A stretch of 64,000 nucleotides of DNA, taken from assembly GCA_944391375.1 (NCBI GenBank), contig CALXTJ010000002.1, positions 82 to 64,081 of the forward strand. Reading direction: 5' to 3'. The DNA comes from an uncultured Alphaproteobacteria bacterium (GTDB lineage Bacteria > Pseudomonadota > Alphaproteobacteria > RF32 > CAG-239). Position 1 is the first letter of the stretch, and each line of letters starts with the position of its first letter. Below are positions 38,624 through 47,371 of this stretch, one piece after another. Under the pieces are notes generated by a model, which was not told the origin of the DNA, did not search any database, and saw nothing but the letters and a program-made list of their open reading frames with translations. Position numbers and translations under genes: made by a program.

Positions 38624-39261
38624 AAGTACCCTTTACGGTCCATTAAGCTTAATATAATTACCAGTAAGTATAAACCGCTTAATATGCCCACCGTTATCCA
38701 TAAAATTTGCTTATCGGTTAATACATGACTGATAGAGGTAACACCCAGAGCCGCTCCGGTAATTTTGAAATCGTCGGCCGGTTTTTCATGCAAAATGGTA
38801 ACGGCTATTTGGTCGCCGGGGTTTAAAAAATCAAACCCGATTATAATGTCTCCGCGGTATAAACTCAATTTGACATCTATGGCCGAAGAAGTTAATTGCT
38901 TATCAAGAGTGTAGTGCACCATTTGAGCATCTTTAGGAACAATAATACGAATAGGATCATGGTCAATGCGGGAAACATCGGAACCGGCCAGCGGTTGTTG
39001 TCCGTTATTTTGTAAAATAACTACACTTTGATATAAATCTCCGTACTCTTTATCCTCCACCACAACCTTAAATTTGTTGTTGTTTTGTGATGATATAAAA
39101 CTGTGGGTATTGGTATCGTATTCTAAAATCGGACGATTGATGTAAAATTGATAAATACCTATGATAAGTGCCGAAAAACCGATAAAAAAAGCTCCGACAT
39201 TTCCGGTTAAAAAATTCCAGGTTTTACGAGAAACTTTTTTAATTACGCCTGTATGAAACAT
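38620..39261 (-). CDS. hypothetical membrane-anchored protein (N- and C-terminal TM)
   Basis: ORF with hydrophobic termini. Confidence 0.35.
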   Translation of the reverse strand: MFHTGVIKKVSRKTWNFLTGNVGAFFIGFSALIIGIYQFYINRPILEYDTNTHSFISSQNNNKFKVVVEDKEYGDLYQSVVILQNNGQQPLAGSDVSRIDHDPIRIIVPKDAQMVHYTLDKQLTSSAIDVKLSLYRGDIIIGFDFLNPGDQIAVTILHEKPADDFKITGAALGVTSISHVLTDKQILWITVGILSGLYLLVIILSLMDRKGYF

Positions 39262-39325
39262 TTTTCTTCTCCTTACTTGCTGCTATATATGCCGTAAAAT
39301 AAGTTTTTAAAGGAGAAGCAATCTT

Positions 39326-40339
39326 TTATCGGCAGTTTTGCACTTTTGATAACCGAACAGAATTGCCGTTAAGGTTTTCCATGGCGGCAATTGTTTCAGG
39401 CTTTACTTTCAGCACATCGGCAATAAAATTTAAATCTTTACCCATTTTTTGGGCTGCCGGTTTAAAAGTAATATTCCAAGGAGTTTGAGCTTGAAGCTCT
39501 TGCTTTAAGGCTAACAGTTCGGCATTGTTATGATTTAACAGTTGTGAGGCCAAATACCATGTTGCCAGCCATTCATGAGGGTAACGATAATCACTTTGAG
39601 CATTGCGTCCGTCTTCAAGGCGGAATTCTCCGCTATAATTTCCATAATTTTTTAAGGCTTCAAACAAAGGCATTTTAATAAAGCGAGCGGCTTCGGAATT
39701 ATGTTCGTGGCGATTGATATCGGCAGAATTTGCAACTAAGCGGTTTAGTAAATCTTCTGGGGTTTTGAGTAAATGGCAATAGGGAGTAATGGCCCAGGCC
39801 ATACCTTTGCCGTTCCAACGATTGATAATAAAATTGTCATCTTTAATATCCGGCATTCCGACAAGCTGCATTTTTTCAAAAGGAATATCATAATCGTATA
39901 TACCCAGATTATTTAGCTCTTCACGAGTTTCCCGTATAACATTATTTTTACGGATAACATTGATGTCATCGGTTATAACAACATTTCCGTCTTTTAATAT
40001 GACATCATCTTTATAATCAAGGAGTTGATGCTTTTTATGATCCGGAAGCAAGTTAAAATAGTCTTTATCCGTTCTCTCGGATAGTCCGCCCAAAGCACCG
40101 ATACCGTCAGGTTCAGCTGTTTTGGCATTTAAGCGGGAGATAAGACCGACATACACATTTTTAAACTGTTCGGAAAAATTTTTACCGCCTGTAATATCCC
40201 CGCAATACAAAGTAACATTTGCTCCCGAACTTTTGATTAAATTACGATTTTTAAGATCTGCCAAAATTTGTTGACGAGCTTGACCTTTAGGGGCGTTTTT
40301 AAGGGCGTCTAAGACTTCTTGTGCTGACGAATATAACAT
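39326..40339 (-). CDS. hypothetical protein
   Basis: 337-aa ORF. The imperfect Nudix-like stretch IRETREELNNLGI is insufficient for assignment. Confidence 0.35.
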   Translation of the reverse strand: MLYSSAQEVLDALKNAPKGQARQQILADLKNRNLIKSSGANVTLYCGDITGGKNFSEQFKNVYVGLISRLNAKTAEPDGIGALGGLSERTDKDYFNLLPDHKKHQLLDYKDDVILKDGNVVITDDINVIRKNNVIRETREELNNLGIYDYDIPFEKMQLVGMPDIKDDNFIINRWNGKGMAWAITPYCHLLKTPEDLLNRLVANSADINRHEHNSEAARFIKMPLFEALKNYGNYSGEFRLEDGRNAQSDYRYPHEWLATWYLASQLLNHNNAELLALKQELQAQTPWNITFKPAAQKMGKDLNFIADVLKVKPETIAAMENLNGNSVRLSKVQNCR

Positions 40340-40447
40340 AAAAGTTTCCTTTACATTGGGGCCATAAATTATTTGCGATTATAGCTAAAATTTAAAAAAA
40401 AGAAAGGGGAAAAAGTATCTCCCCTTAATTAAATTTAAGCTCGTAAT

Positions 40448-40993
40448 TTATTTTACGGTACGGCGGAAATAAACATATTCCATAATGGCCAGTACTCCGA
40501 ATAAAACGATATATAAACCCAAAATGGTAGTTATGGCAATAGCTCCAAGTCCGGGATAAGTTAGCATTAAAAAGCCGAATATAATGCCGGCCAGTCCCAA
40601 GACCATGCTTAATTGCCAAGGAAGCATAAATTTTTTCAAACGGTAGGAACTTACCAGTTGAGCCGCACCGATAGCCAAAATCCACAAAGCCAGGAAGATA
40701 GGCAAGGTAGCAGCAGTTACACCCAAATTGGCAACAAAAATAATACCCAAGATGATATCAATTAAGCCGACAAACATATGCCAACCCGAGGCAAAGTCTA
40801 AAGATACGGCGACATAGCCGATACCCGCCAAAATTAAGCCGACACCAATGTATAAGCTTAAAGCCATGAGGCTGGCCATAGGATTAAACCATACCATTAA
40901 ACCTAAAGCTACAAGTAATATTCCCGAAAACAAGTGCCACAAACCGACACGGGGAGAATTTAATTCTTGTATTTTTACTTCAAACATTTTCAA
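40448..40993 (-). CDS. HdeD/DUF308-like acid-resistance-type membrane protein
   Basis: Repeated GxxLxxxG TM-pair pattern: GILLVALGLMVWFNP...LYIGVGLILAGIGYV. Confidence 0.5.
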   Translation of the reverse strand: MKMFEVKIQELNSPRVGLWHLFSGILLVALGLMVWFNPMASLMALSLYIGVGLILAGIGYVAVSLDFASGWHMFVGLIDIILGIIFVANLGVTAATLPIFLALWILAIGAAQLVSSYRLKKFMLPWQLSMVLGLAGIIFGFLMLTYPGLGAIAITTILGLYIVLFGVLAIMEYVYFRRTVK

Positions 40994-41140
40994 CTCCTTT
41001 TTTATTTATCACATATAATTATGTAGTGTTTGTTTTTGTAATTTTCTATAGTTCTAAAAAACTTTAAGAGAAACATCTTCAAAAAACTAAAACGATAATT
41101 ATCTTTTTTAAGGCCAACTTTTTTAATAAGGAGAAGATAA

Positions 41141-41530
41141 ATGAACAAAAAACTTTTAGCTTTAACAACGGCTTTAACGGTAGCTGTTTCAGGTGCGGCA
41201 TTTGCCAAGTGCGATTATGAAGATTGTATGAAAATGATGCATCGTGACATGGGTGGATTTGTACAATCACAGGCCGATATTTCAACTGTCAAGCAAGCTA
41301 TGGAAATGCCTGATGACGCAATAGTTACCTTAAAAGGCAATATTGAAAAGCAGGTTAAAAAAGACAAATATATTTTTAAGGATGCCACAGGAGAAATGAC
41401 GGTTGAAATCGGTAAAAAAATTTGGGCCGGACAAACCGTAAGCCCGAGTGATACGGTAGTTATAACCGGTGAAATTGATAAAGACTTTGAACATAGAAAA
41501 TTAGATGTTGAAAGATTAACCAAAGAATAA
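41141..41530 (+). CDS. YgiW/YdeI (BOF, OB-fold) periplasmic stress protein
   Basis: Signal peptide, then DDAIVTLKGNIEK...DKYIFKDATGEMTVEIGKKIW...VVITGEIDKDFEHRKLDVERL. Confidence 0.65.
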   Translation: MNKKLLALTTALTVAVSGAAFAKCDYEDCMKMMHRDMGGFVQSQADISTVKQAMEMPDDAIVTLKGNIEKQVKKDKYIFKDATGEMTVEIGKKIWAGQTVSPSDTVVITGEIDKDFEHRKLDVERLTKE

Positions 41531-41567
41531 ACCATTTATAATCAGACCATTATTTGTCAAGAAAAAA

Positions 41568-41600
41568 GATACCCGGCGTAAAACGTCGGATATCTTTTTT
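41568..41600 (+). terminator. intrinsic terminator (AGATACCCGGCG-loop-CGTCGGATATCT + T6) immediately before RBS of 41623 gene
   Basis: Imperfect 12-bp stem plus T-run. Confidence 0.45.
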
Positions 41601-41622
41601 AATTTAATGAAAGGAAAAAATT

Positions 41623-42171
41623 ATGACAAATAAAAAATATAATCCATTTGCGGATATGTATAACTTCAATGCTAACAGCAGTAACTGGGTACAAAGGTTA
41701 GGGCATAATGCGGACTTTTATAATAATCCGCTGGGTTACAACAGCTCACCCACCCCCAGACCTTATGACAACACAACTGCCTCTGGTATAAATAACAGCT
41801 TTAATATCAATAACCGGCAGCCGTCTTCAAGCGGATTGGAAAGTTACAATCAACCTCAAAAGCAGCAGTATACTAGCCCTAAAGTAAAACCCTTTACTTC
41901 ATGGGATATTGCTTTATCAGCTCTTGAAGGATTTGGAGAGGGAGCAGTCGGCGGAATAGAACGAGATCTAAATACATCATCAAAAGGATTATATGATTTG
42001 GGTAGTGATCTTTTTTTTGACGGAAGCTATGAAAAAAGGCAAAAAGAACTTGAAAAACTGGCTCACGAAGCAAATTTGGATAAATTATACAAATATTCAA
42101 ACTATATTATAGATAACTCAATTGAGTATTTAATAAAATATATGTTTATAAAAAATCTGGGAATTTTCTGA
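41623..42171 (+). CDS. cassette protein A: conserved 48-aa N-terminal module (MTNKKYNPFADMYNFNANSSNWVQRLG...) plus variable C-terminal domain
   Basis: N-terminal 48 aa about 98% identical to the 47657 gene. Residues ~70-105 (SGLESYNQPQK...SALEGFGEG) are shared with the 46159 ORF. Confidence 0.5.
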   Translation: MTNKKYNPFADMYNFNANSSNWVQRLGHNADFYNNPLGYNSSPTPRPYDNTTASGINNSFNINNRQPSSSGLESYNQPQKQQYTSPKVKPFTSWDIALSALEGFGEGAVGGIERDLNTSSKGLYDLGSDLFFDGSYEKRQKELEKLAHEANLDKLYKYSNYIIDNSIEYLIKYMFIKNLGIF

Positions 42172-42249
42172 AATAATTTGCCTTGACATTGATTATCATA
42201 TTTTTTAAATCTGAAGATTATAGTAGGGTAAGTTTTATGGAGAATGTTG

Positions 42250-42783
42250 ATGAAAAAAATTACTGTATCAGATATTAACACCTGTATTTGGGGTGAAAGT
42301 CCGTTATCTTTTTATTTTTCCTTTGATGGAGTTTTTAATCGCTTGCAGTTTTTCGGAAGCATTGCTACATTAAACATTATCCTAAATATTATAAATGCTG
42401 CAGGAATATATATTTTGACGATGTTTGGTTATGCATTATGTCTTTATGCAATGCTGGCAGCAGCTCAAAAGCGTATGCATGATATGAATAGGCAAGGCAG
42501 TGCACTGATTTTGTTACTCTCTGTTAGTTGTATTTTAACAGGGGCTACGGCTCAATTGCATTTTTTGGGAGAAGTTGACATTGCCGAGAATATATACCTC
42601 AAAAACATTTTCGGAATATCGTTTTTAGTATATTTAGTTTTGCAAGCATTTTTATTGTTCATGCCCGGAGCAAAGAAGAAGGATATGAGCAAAAGAAGTC
42701 CGTTATTAAAAAATCCTCCGTTGTATTTTTTAATATGCGTGATAATTTATGCCATAGTCGCCTATTTTATCAGAGATTTATAG
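42250..42783 (+). CDS. DUF805-like inner-membrane protein (candidate cognate/immunity-like gene)
   Basis: YFSFDGVFNRLQFF and YAMLAAAQKRMHDMNRQGS resemble DUF805 motifs. The C-terminal 39 aa are identical to the 44135 protein. Confidence 0.45.
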   Translation: MKKITVSDINTCIWGESPLSFYFSFDGVFNRLQFFGSIATLNIILNIINAAGIYILTMFGYALCLYAMLAAAQKRMHDMNRQGSALILLLSVSCILTGATAQLHFLGEVDIAENIYLKNIFGISFLVYLVLQAFLLFMPGAKKKDMSKRSPLLKNPPLYFLICVIIYAIVAYFIRDL

Positions 42784-42802
42784 CCTGTAAGAGATTACCA
42801 AA

Positions 42803-42834
42803 GAGGGGGTAAAAGCTCCCTCTGTGGTATTTTA
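42803..42834 (+). terminator. terminator hairpin AGAGGGGG-TAAAA-GCTCCCTCT plus T-run (cassette boundary element, copy 1)
   Basis: Repeated at 44690 and 47326. Confidence 0.45.
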
Positions 42835-42845
42835 AAAGCAGACAA

Positions 42846-42970
42846 GGGAGAGGGAAATCGCTCTCAAAACGGACAAAAATGGCTTTTTTAATGACAAAAT
42901 CGGACACTTTCGGACGGTTCCGGACACTTTCGGACAGTTTCGGACAGTTTCGGACACTTTCGGACTGGAC
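42846..42970 (+). repeat. conserved leader (GGGAAATCGCTCTCAAAACGGACAAAAATGGCTTTTTTAATGACAAAAT) plus 7 phased 10-bp tandem units CGGAC(A/G)NTTT
   Basis: Units at 42901-42970: CGGACACTTT, CGGACGGTTC, CGGACACTTT, CGGACAGTTT, CGGACAGTTT, CGGACACTTT, CGGACTGGAC. Confidence 0.7.
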
Positions 42971-42975
42971 ATTTT

Positions 42976-43006
42976 TTGTAAAAAAAGGCTATAAAAAAGC
43001 TATAAT
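42976..43006 (+). promoter_or_regulatory. sigma70-like promoter TTGTAA-N19-TATAAT directly downstream of the 10-bp array
   Basis: Identical copy at 47502-47532. Confidence 0.45.
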
Positions 43007-43147
43007 CGTGAGAAGTTGTGCAAGCTGCTTTAAAAGAAAAGAGTGATGTTAAAAATGGTCGCAATACTATTGACAGTAGTTTAAGTGATAACTATGCTAA
43101 CGAAATAGGACGGCTGTTAGGAACAAAATATCGCAAAGGAGATTGTG

Positions 43148-43273
43148 ATGCTCTCATCCAACAATACATTAACAAAAATTGGTAAGTGGCTTATTGTATC
43201 TTTTGTTTTCGTTGCGGGGCTTGTGCTTACTGCCCTTATTAGTTTGAGCTGTGTCTACATCTTCAGCTTGTAA
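43148..43273 (+). CDS. small hydrophobic peptide (41 aa, one TM) downstream of cassette promoter
   Basis: MLSSNNTLTKIGKWLIVSFVFVAGLVLTALISLSCVYIFSL; below the 60-aa ORF-track cutoff. Confidence 0.2.
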   Translation: MLSSNNTLTKIGKWLIVSFVFVAGLVLTALISLSCVYIFSL

Positions 43274-43314
43274 CAGGTCTATAAAATTGTTTGAGTAAAA
43301 CAAGGAGATTGCTG

Positions 43315-44106
43315 ATGAAAAAGGCTCTGTACATTCTTTTAGAGGTCTTGTTTATATTTTTGATTGTAAATAATCGGGAATATTGGCTTGTTGCCGACCA
43401 AGCAGTCCGGGTAAGCGGAGTTTATGTATGGCTTATCTTAACGGCTTATTCTGTCCTTAAAACATACGGAGCCTTTAATTGGAAACTTACCATAAAACCT
43501 GTTTTTGTAATATGTGAACTATTGTTGTTTATATTATCGGGTTGCGTTTTGGAATTATACACCCAAAGTTTGGCAATAACCCCACAAATACACACTGTAT
43601 TTTTACCCTTAATTTTTTATGTTTTGGTATTGGGGACGGGATGGTATATACTGCCTAAAAACAACCCGACAATAAACGATTTTACCACCCATTGTCAACA
43701 GCATTCCAAACGTTATCTTGCTTTGATTTGGTTTTTGGCTGCCTTGTTTATATGTCCGCCGATTTTAACCGTTGTTTACAGCAAGGTATGGTTTGTGCTG
43801 ATACTGATGGGAATATACGTGTTTTTGCCGTATAAAATAAGTACTTTGTTGCTCAAAGATTTATCGTTAAACAAATTCTTTTCATTAGGAAAAGTAATTC
43901 CCGTAATGTTGATAATTTTTGTTCAGATAAATCTGGAAGCGATACTCAGTGGTTTTTGTTTTTACGGATCTTGGTTGGATGCTTATAGGTTGGTAAAATA
44001 CATAATAATTATTGCCGTTTTGCGGTGTATTATTTGCAGCTTAATATTATGCGTATTAGATTACAAACAAACCAAAGGATTATTTATAACAGCCAAAACA
44101 AAATAA
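43315..44106 (+). CDS. hypothetical polytopic membrane protein (cassette gene)
   Basis: About 8 TM helices. RBS AAGGAG 8 nt before ATG 43315. Confidence 0.4.
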   Translation: MKKALYILLEVLFIFLIVNNREYWLVADQAVRVSGVYVWLILTAYSVLKTYGAFNWKLTIKPVFVICELLLFILSGCVLELYTQSLAITPQIHTVFLPLIFYVLVLGTGWYILPKNNPTINDFTTHCQQHSKRYLALIWFLAALFICPPILTVVYSKVWFVLILMGIYVFLPYKISTLLLKDLSLNKFFSLGKVIPVMLIIFVQINLEAILSGFCFYGSWLDAYRLVKYIIIIAVLRCIICSLILCVLDYKQTKGLFITAKTK

Positions 44107-44134
44107 ATAAGGTTAATCATATAAGAGGTGATTT

Positions 44135-44671
44135 ATGGAAGAAGGAACAAAAAAGCCGGAAGAAGATGACGCATTGTTCAAAGAGGATGCCAAGACCATA
44201 TATTTTTCATTTGAAGGGGTATTCGGTCGCATACAATTTTTTATAGTAGCGGTTACCCTCGGTGGTTTTATGGATTTGATGAGTACGGGAAATAATATAG
44301 TACTCGTAGCCATAGGCACAGCCATAGTATTTTATGCGATGCTGGCAGCGATTCAAAAACGCAGTCGTGATATGAATATTGGCGGTAGTTTGTTTATTTT
44401 ATTGTATTCTCTGAGTTTTCCGATAAGTCGGATGATGTTATACGGTAGGGATACTGGAAATCCGATAATTATCCATAACGACATAATTCGGACCAGTTTT
44501 TACGGAGCGTTAATAGGATATTTGATAGTATCATTGCTTTTAGTGCTTATACCCGGAGCAAAGAAGAAGGATATGAGCAAAAGAAGTCCGTTATTAAAAA
44601 ATCCTCCGCTGTATTTTTTAATATGCGTAATAATTTATGCCATAGTCGCCTACTTTATCAGAGATTTATAG
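44135..44671 (+). CDS. DUF805-like inner-membrane protein, paralog of 42250..42783
   Basis: YFSFEGVFGRIQFF, YAMLAAIQKRSRDMNIGGS, and an identical C-terminal 39 aa. Confidence 0.45.
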   Translation: MEEGTKKPEEDDALFKEDAKTIYFSFEGVFGRIQFFIVAVTLGGFMDLMSTGNNIVLVAIGTAIVFYAMLAAIQKRSRDMNIGGSLFILLYSLSFPISRMMLYGRDTGNPIIIHNDIIRTSFYGALIGYLIVSLLLVLIPGAKKKDMSKRSPLLKNPPLYFLICVIIYAIVAYFIRDL

Positions 44672-44689
44672 TCTGTAAGAGATTACCAA

Positions 44690-44720
44690 AGAGGGGGTAA
44701 AAGCTCCCTCTTTAGTGTTT
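44690..44720 (+). terminator. cassette boundary terminator hairpin, copy 2
   Basis: AGAGGGGGTAAAAGCTCCCTCT plus TTAGTGTTTT. Confidence 0.45.
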
Positions 44721-44773
44721 TAAAAGCAGACACAATATATAGTAATTTTGTAACAAATATATTATGCACAAGT

Positions 44774-44800
44774 GCCGAAGCTCATAACTTCGGTATTTTT
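44774..44800 (+). terminator. conserved stem-loop GCCGAAG-CTCATAA-CTTCGGT plus T-run, copy 1 (just before RBS)
   Basis: Same element at 47602 and 48959. Confidence 0.45.
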
Positions 44801-44823
44801 TATATAAAAGAAAGGAAAAAATT

Positions 44824-44940
44824 ATGACAAATAAACTAATTACCATGGCTGGTAAATATGCAGTTAAAAAAGTTCGTAATAAAACCGTTAATAAGGCCAT
44901 GGAAAAAATAAGCGAGCCATATGAAAAATTCAAAAAATAG
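44824..44940 (+). CDS. small ORF (38 aa) starting MTNK..., possible decayed remnant of the conserved N-terminal module
   Basis: First 12 nt (ATGACAAATAAA) identical to the 41623 and 47657 genes. Preceded by the conserved stem-loop plus RBS. Confidence 0.2.
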   Translation: MTNKLITMAGKYAVKKVRNKTVNKAMEKISEPYEKFKK

Positions 44941-45145
44941 GTTTTCGGCATAAAACCTCTAAATGTTGGGGAAAGAGAAACCATAAAATGTTTACAAAAT
45001 CGTCATAATACCTTAGATTATTGTAAGAATATAGGAAACAAGGCAAGGAAAGCTTATCAAAAATCCGTAAAATATAGGTAACTTTTTATTAAAACCAAAA
45101 TACGCATCAACACGGACAATATGCACTGTATAACGGGAAGATAAT

Positions 45146-45406
45146 ATGAAAAAGATAATACTGTTTATAATTGGTCTTATGTGTATACCGCCGATATTGG
45201 GTTATTTGACGACATATGTAAGTAACAATCCGGAATATGAAATATACACCGGATTTTGGGGAGTCCTGTATCTATTTATTTATATTCTTTTTCCTTTGTT
45301 ATATAAAGGGAAAATAAAACAAGCTATGAATAGATATGCTTTTTATGCCTTGTTGTACGGCATTTTGTTTCTGATAATAAATATATTGCTCATTTGCTTT
45401 AATTAA
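45146..45406 (+). CDS. small membrane protein (3 TM), hypothetical
   Basis: ORF with hydrophobic helices. Confidence 0.3.
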   Translation: MKKIILFIIGLMCIPPILGYLTTYVSNNPEYEIYTGFWGVLYLFIYILFPLLYKGKIKQAMNRYAFYALLYGILFLIINILLICFN

Positions 45407-45464
45407 ATATGATGAAGCTGTAAAAAGCAGCAAGATTATAATGGTAAATAGAAAGGATAGAGAA

Positions 45465-45965
45465 ATGAAGAATATAATATTTTTACTGTTGGCAGTACTA
45501 ATTCCGACATTGAGTTTGGCAGCAGAAGAAAAGTCAATATTTACATATGAAGCAGAAAAATGTTCCGGTGAAGAAGATGTATTTATACGAGGTTTAGAGG
45601 AAGAATTAGCTAATTGTAAAATTCAAATGCCGGATAATCCATCTACGGTAGATATGAATGAAACTTATTACAAAGTCGGCGATTGCTCTATTGCTGTAGC
45701 CAATAAACTTTTTGATAGAAATTACAAAAAGTATAATGAGCAGGTAAAACAGGATTTTGATGCACTTGTCAAAGCATTTTATGCAAATGCTCATGATATG
45801 GTTCAACATAGCGATTTTGGACTTTTAAGAGGAGGAACTATGTACAATACGGAAGCCATTGCTACGGGGGCTTTTTGGATTAGAGATGTGGTAAAAGAAT
45901 ACCTTTATCAAGCACGAATGGAATGCGATGATAAGGCAGGATTTGATTCACTGGATATAGAATAG
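45465..45965 (+). CDS. secreted hypothetical protein (signal peptide)
   Basis: MKNIIFLLLAVLIPTLSLAAEEK signal; RBS AGGATAGAGA. Confidence 0.35.
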   Translation: MKNIIFLLLAVLIPTLSLAAEEKSIFTYEAEKCSGEEDVFIRGLEEELANCKIQMPDNPSTVDMNETYYKVGDCSIAVANKLFDRNYKKYNEQVKQDFDALVKAFYANAHDMVQHSDFGLLRGGTMYNTEAIATGAFWIRDVVKEYLYQARMECDDKAGFDSLDIE

Positions 45966-46062
45966 ATTATTTTAATCAAACAATGAAAAAGAGACTTGTA
46001 AAAGTCTCTTTTTTGTGCTTTTAAAGAAAGGAAAAATAAGTTAGGCTAGATAAAATGATATG

Positions 46063-46180
46063 GAAATCGCTCTCAAAACGGACAAAAACGGCGTATTTAA
46101 TGACAAAACCGAACAAAATTGAACAATTCTGAACAAAATTAAACAAAAGTGAACATTTTTGAACAAAATTGAACAATCTT
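46063..46180 (+). repeat. conserved leader plus variant phased 10-bp array (GAACAAAATT-type x7)
   Basis: Leader GGAAATCGCTCTCAAAACGGACAAAAACGGCGTATTTAATGACAAAACC. Units at 46111-46180: GAACAAAATT, GAACAATTCT, GAACAAAATT, AAACAAAAGT, GAACATTTTT, GAACAAAATT, GAACAATCTT. Confidence 0.65.
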
Positions 46181-46788
46181 TAAGCGGATTGGAAAGTTAC
46201 AATCAACCTCAAAAGAAGCAGTATACTAACCCTAAAGTAAAACCCTTTACTTCATGGGATATTGCTTTATCAGCTCTTGAAGGATTTGGAGAGGGTATTA
46301 TTGCTGTTCCTAATAGATCTTTTGAAATACTAAAAAACAGTCCTGATCGCCTATCTTCTCTGACAGATACGATGTATAATTTAGTTACAAATTCAAAAAA
46401 TTTATTTAATAATGAGCAAGAATATAAAACTAGAGATCCTGTTTCAACAAATCAATCTACCTTGGAAAATGTTATAAATTATTTGAAACAATACCAATTA
46501 GATAGAGAAATACAACTTTCAGATATTAACAAGCATCAACATATGAGCTGTTTATCAGGAAAGGATGGATTGAGTTTAGGTCTTTTAGGCTTAACAGTGG
46601 GTGCAGGAAAGGAAATAGCGGAGTTTTTCAAAAAATCTTTCAGTCCACAACAAAGAAAAGCATATGGTGGTATTAGCGGTATACTTGCAGACGGTATTAA
46701 AGATATGAATAATAATGTCAAAGGATTTAAACATTCTTATGTTGATGGTAAGGAATGTTATCCACTATTAAAAGAACCATTGCCATAA
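46159..46788 (+). CDS. orphan 5'-truncated cassette C-terminal module (shares a 113-bp junction region with the 41623 gene, then a distinct C-terminus)
   Basis: 46182-46294 is nearly identical to 41829-41943 (...SGLESYNQPQKKQYTNPKVKPFTSWDIALSALEGFGEG). The annotated start lies inside the repeat array, so the N-terminal module is missing. Confidence 0.4.
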   Translation: MNKIEQSLSGLESYNQPQKKQYTNPKVKPFTSWDIALSALEGFGEGIIAVPNRSFEILKNSPDRLSSLTDTMYNLVTNSKNLFNNEQEYKTRDPVSTNQSTLENVINYLKQYQLDREIQLSDINKHQHMSCLSGKDGLSLGLLGLTVGAGKEIAEFFKKSFSPQQRKAYGGISGILADGIKDMNNNVKGFKHSYVDGKECYPLLKEPLP

Positions 46789-46855
46789 TACTTTACAAAG
46801 CACATAAAAAGATTAAATATATAAGGAGGGTTATAATTGTTGGGAAATGTAATAA

Positions 46856-47314
46856 ATGATCATTAAACTGCAGAATGTTTTGTTTGTATTGGGAGTTACT
46901 TTTGTTATACAACTGCTATATATGTTGTTGATGTTTATAATTTTTTTATTAAATAACAATCTAGCAGTTAATAATGAAGAGCTTTTTTTATTTGTTTTGG
47001 ACAATGTTTTATTTGTATCCATAGCCTTAGGAGCCATTAACCTATTTAGTAATAGGTTGTCTTTATATATTTACGAAAAAAGTATAAAAAAAATACCTAA
47101 TTTACGGTGGTATTGTATGTTCTTTAGCTGGACTGTCATTATCCAAAAATTCATACCCGAATTTGAAATCTTTTATGCTGTTTTAATAAGTTGTATAGTT
47201 GGTGCATTGTGTTATCCTGATCGTACCTGGAAACAAAGAGTTAGATATTCATTGATATTTGTTGCTATTTTATTGATGTATTTCTTGGGAGGTTTTACCG
47301 ATTTTGAAAATTAA
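46856..47314 (+). CDS. small polytopic membrane protein (candidate cognate/immunity-like gene of orphan module)
   Basis: 4 TM helices, immediately downstream of 46159..46788. Confidence 0.35.
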   Translation: MIIKLQNVLFVLGVTFVIQLLYMLLMFIIFLLNNNLAVNNEELFLFVLDNVLFVSIALGAINLFSNRLSLYIYEKSIKKIPNLRWYCMFFSWTVIIQKFIPEFEIFYAVLISCIVGALCYPDRTWKQRVRYSLIFVAILLMYFLGGFTDFEN

Positions 47315-47325
47315 CATCATACCAA

Positions 47326-47360
47326 AGAGGGAGGATAAAAACTCCCTCTTTAGTGTTTTA
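47326..47360 (+). terminator. cassette boundary terminator hairpin, copy 3
   Basis: AGAGGGAGGATAAAAACTCCCTCT plus TTAGTGTTTT. Confidence 0.45.
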
Positions 47361-47371
47361 AAAGCAGACAA

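Noticed and set aside
39326-40339. Nudix hydrolase assignment for the 337-aa protein
   Set aside because: The stretch IRETREELNNLGI departs from the Nudix box (GX5EX7REUXEEXGU) by spacing and residues, so it is left as hypothetical.
42901-42970. Tandem repeat arrays (also 33729-33768, 46111-46180, 47427-47496) considered as CRISPR arrays
   Set aside because: Units are 10 bp and directly abutting with no spacers. No cas genes are present. The geometry instead matches phased binding sites or curved DNA upstream of promoters.
44025-44246. ORF 44025..44246 and 44113..44325 at the 43315/44135 gene boundary
   Set aside because: They overlap the ends of two better-supported membrane-protein genes in other frames or on the other strand; likely not genes.
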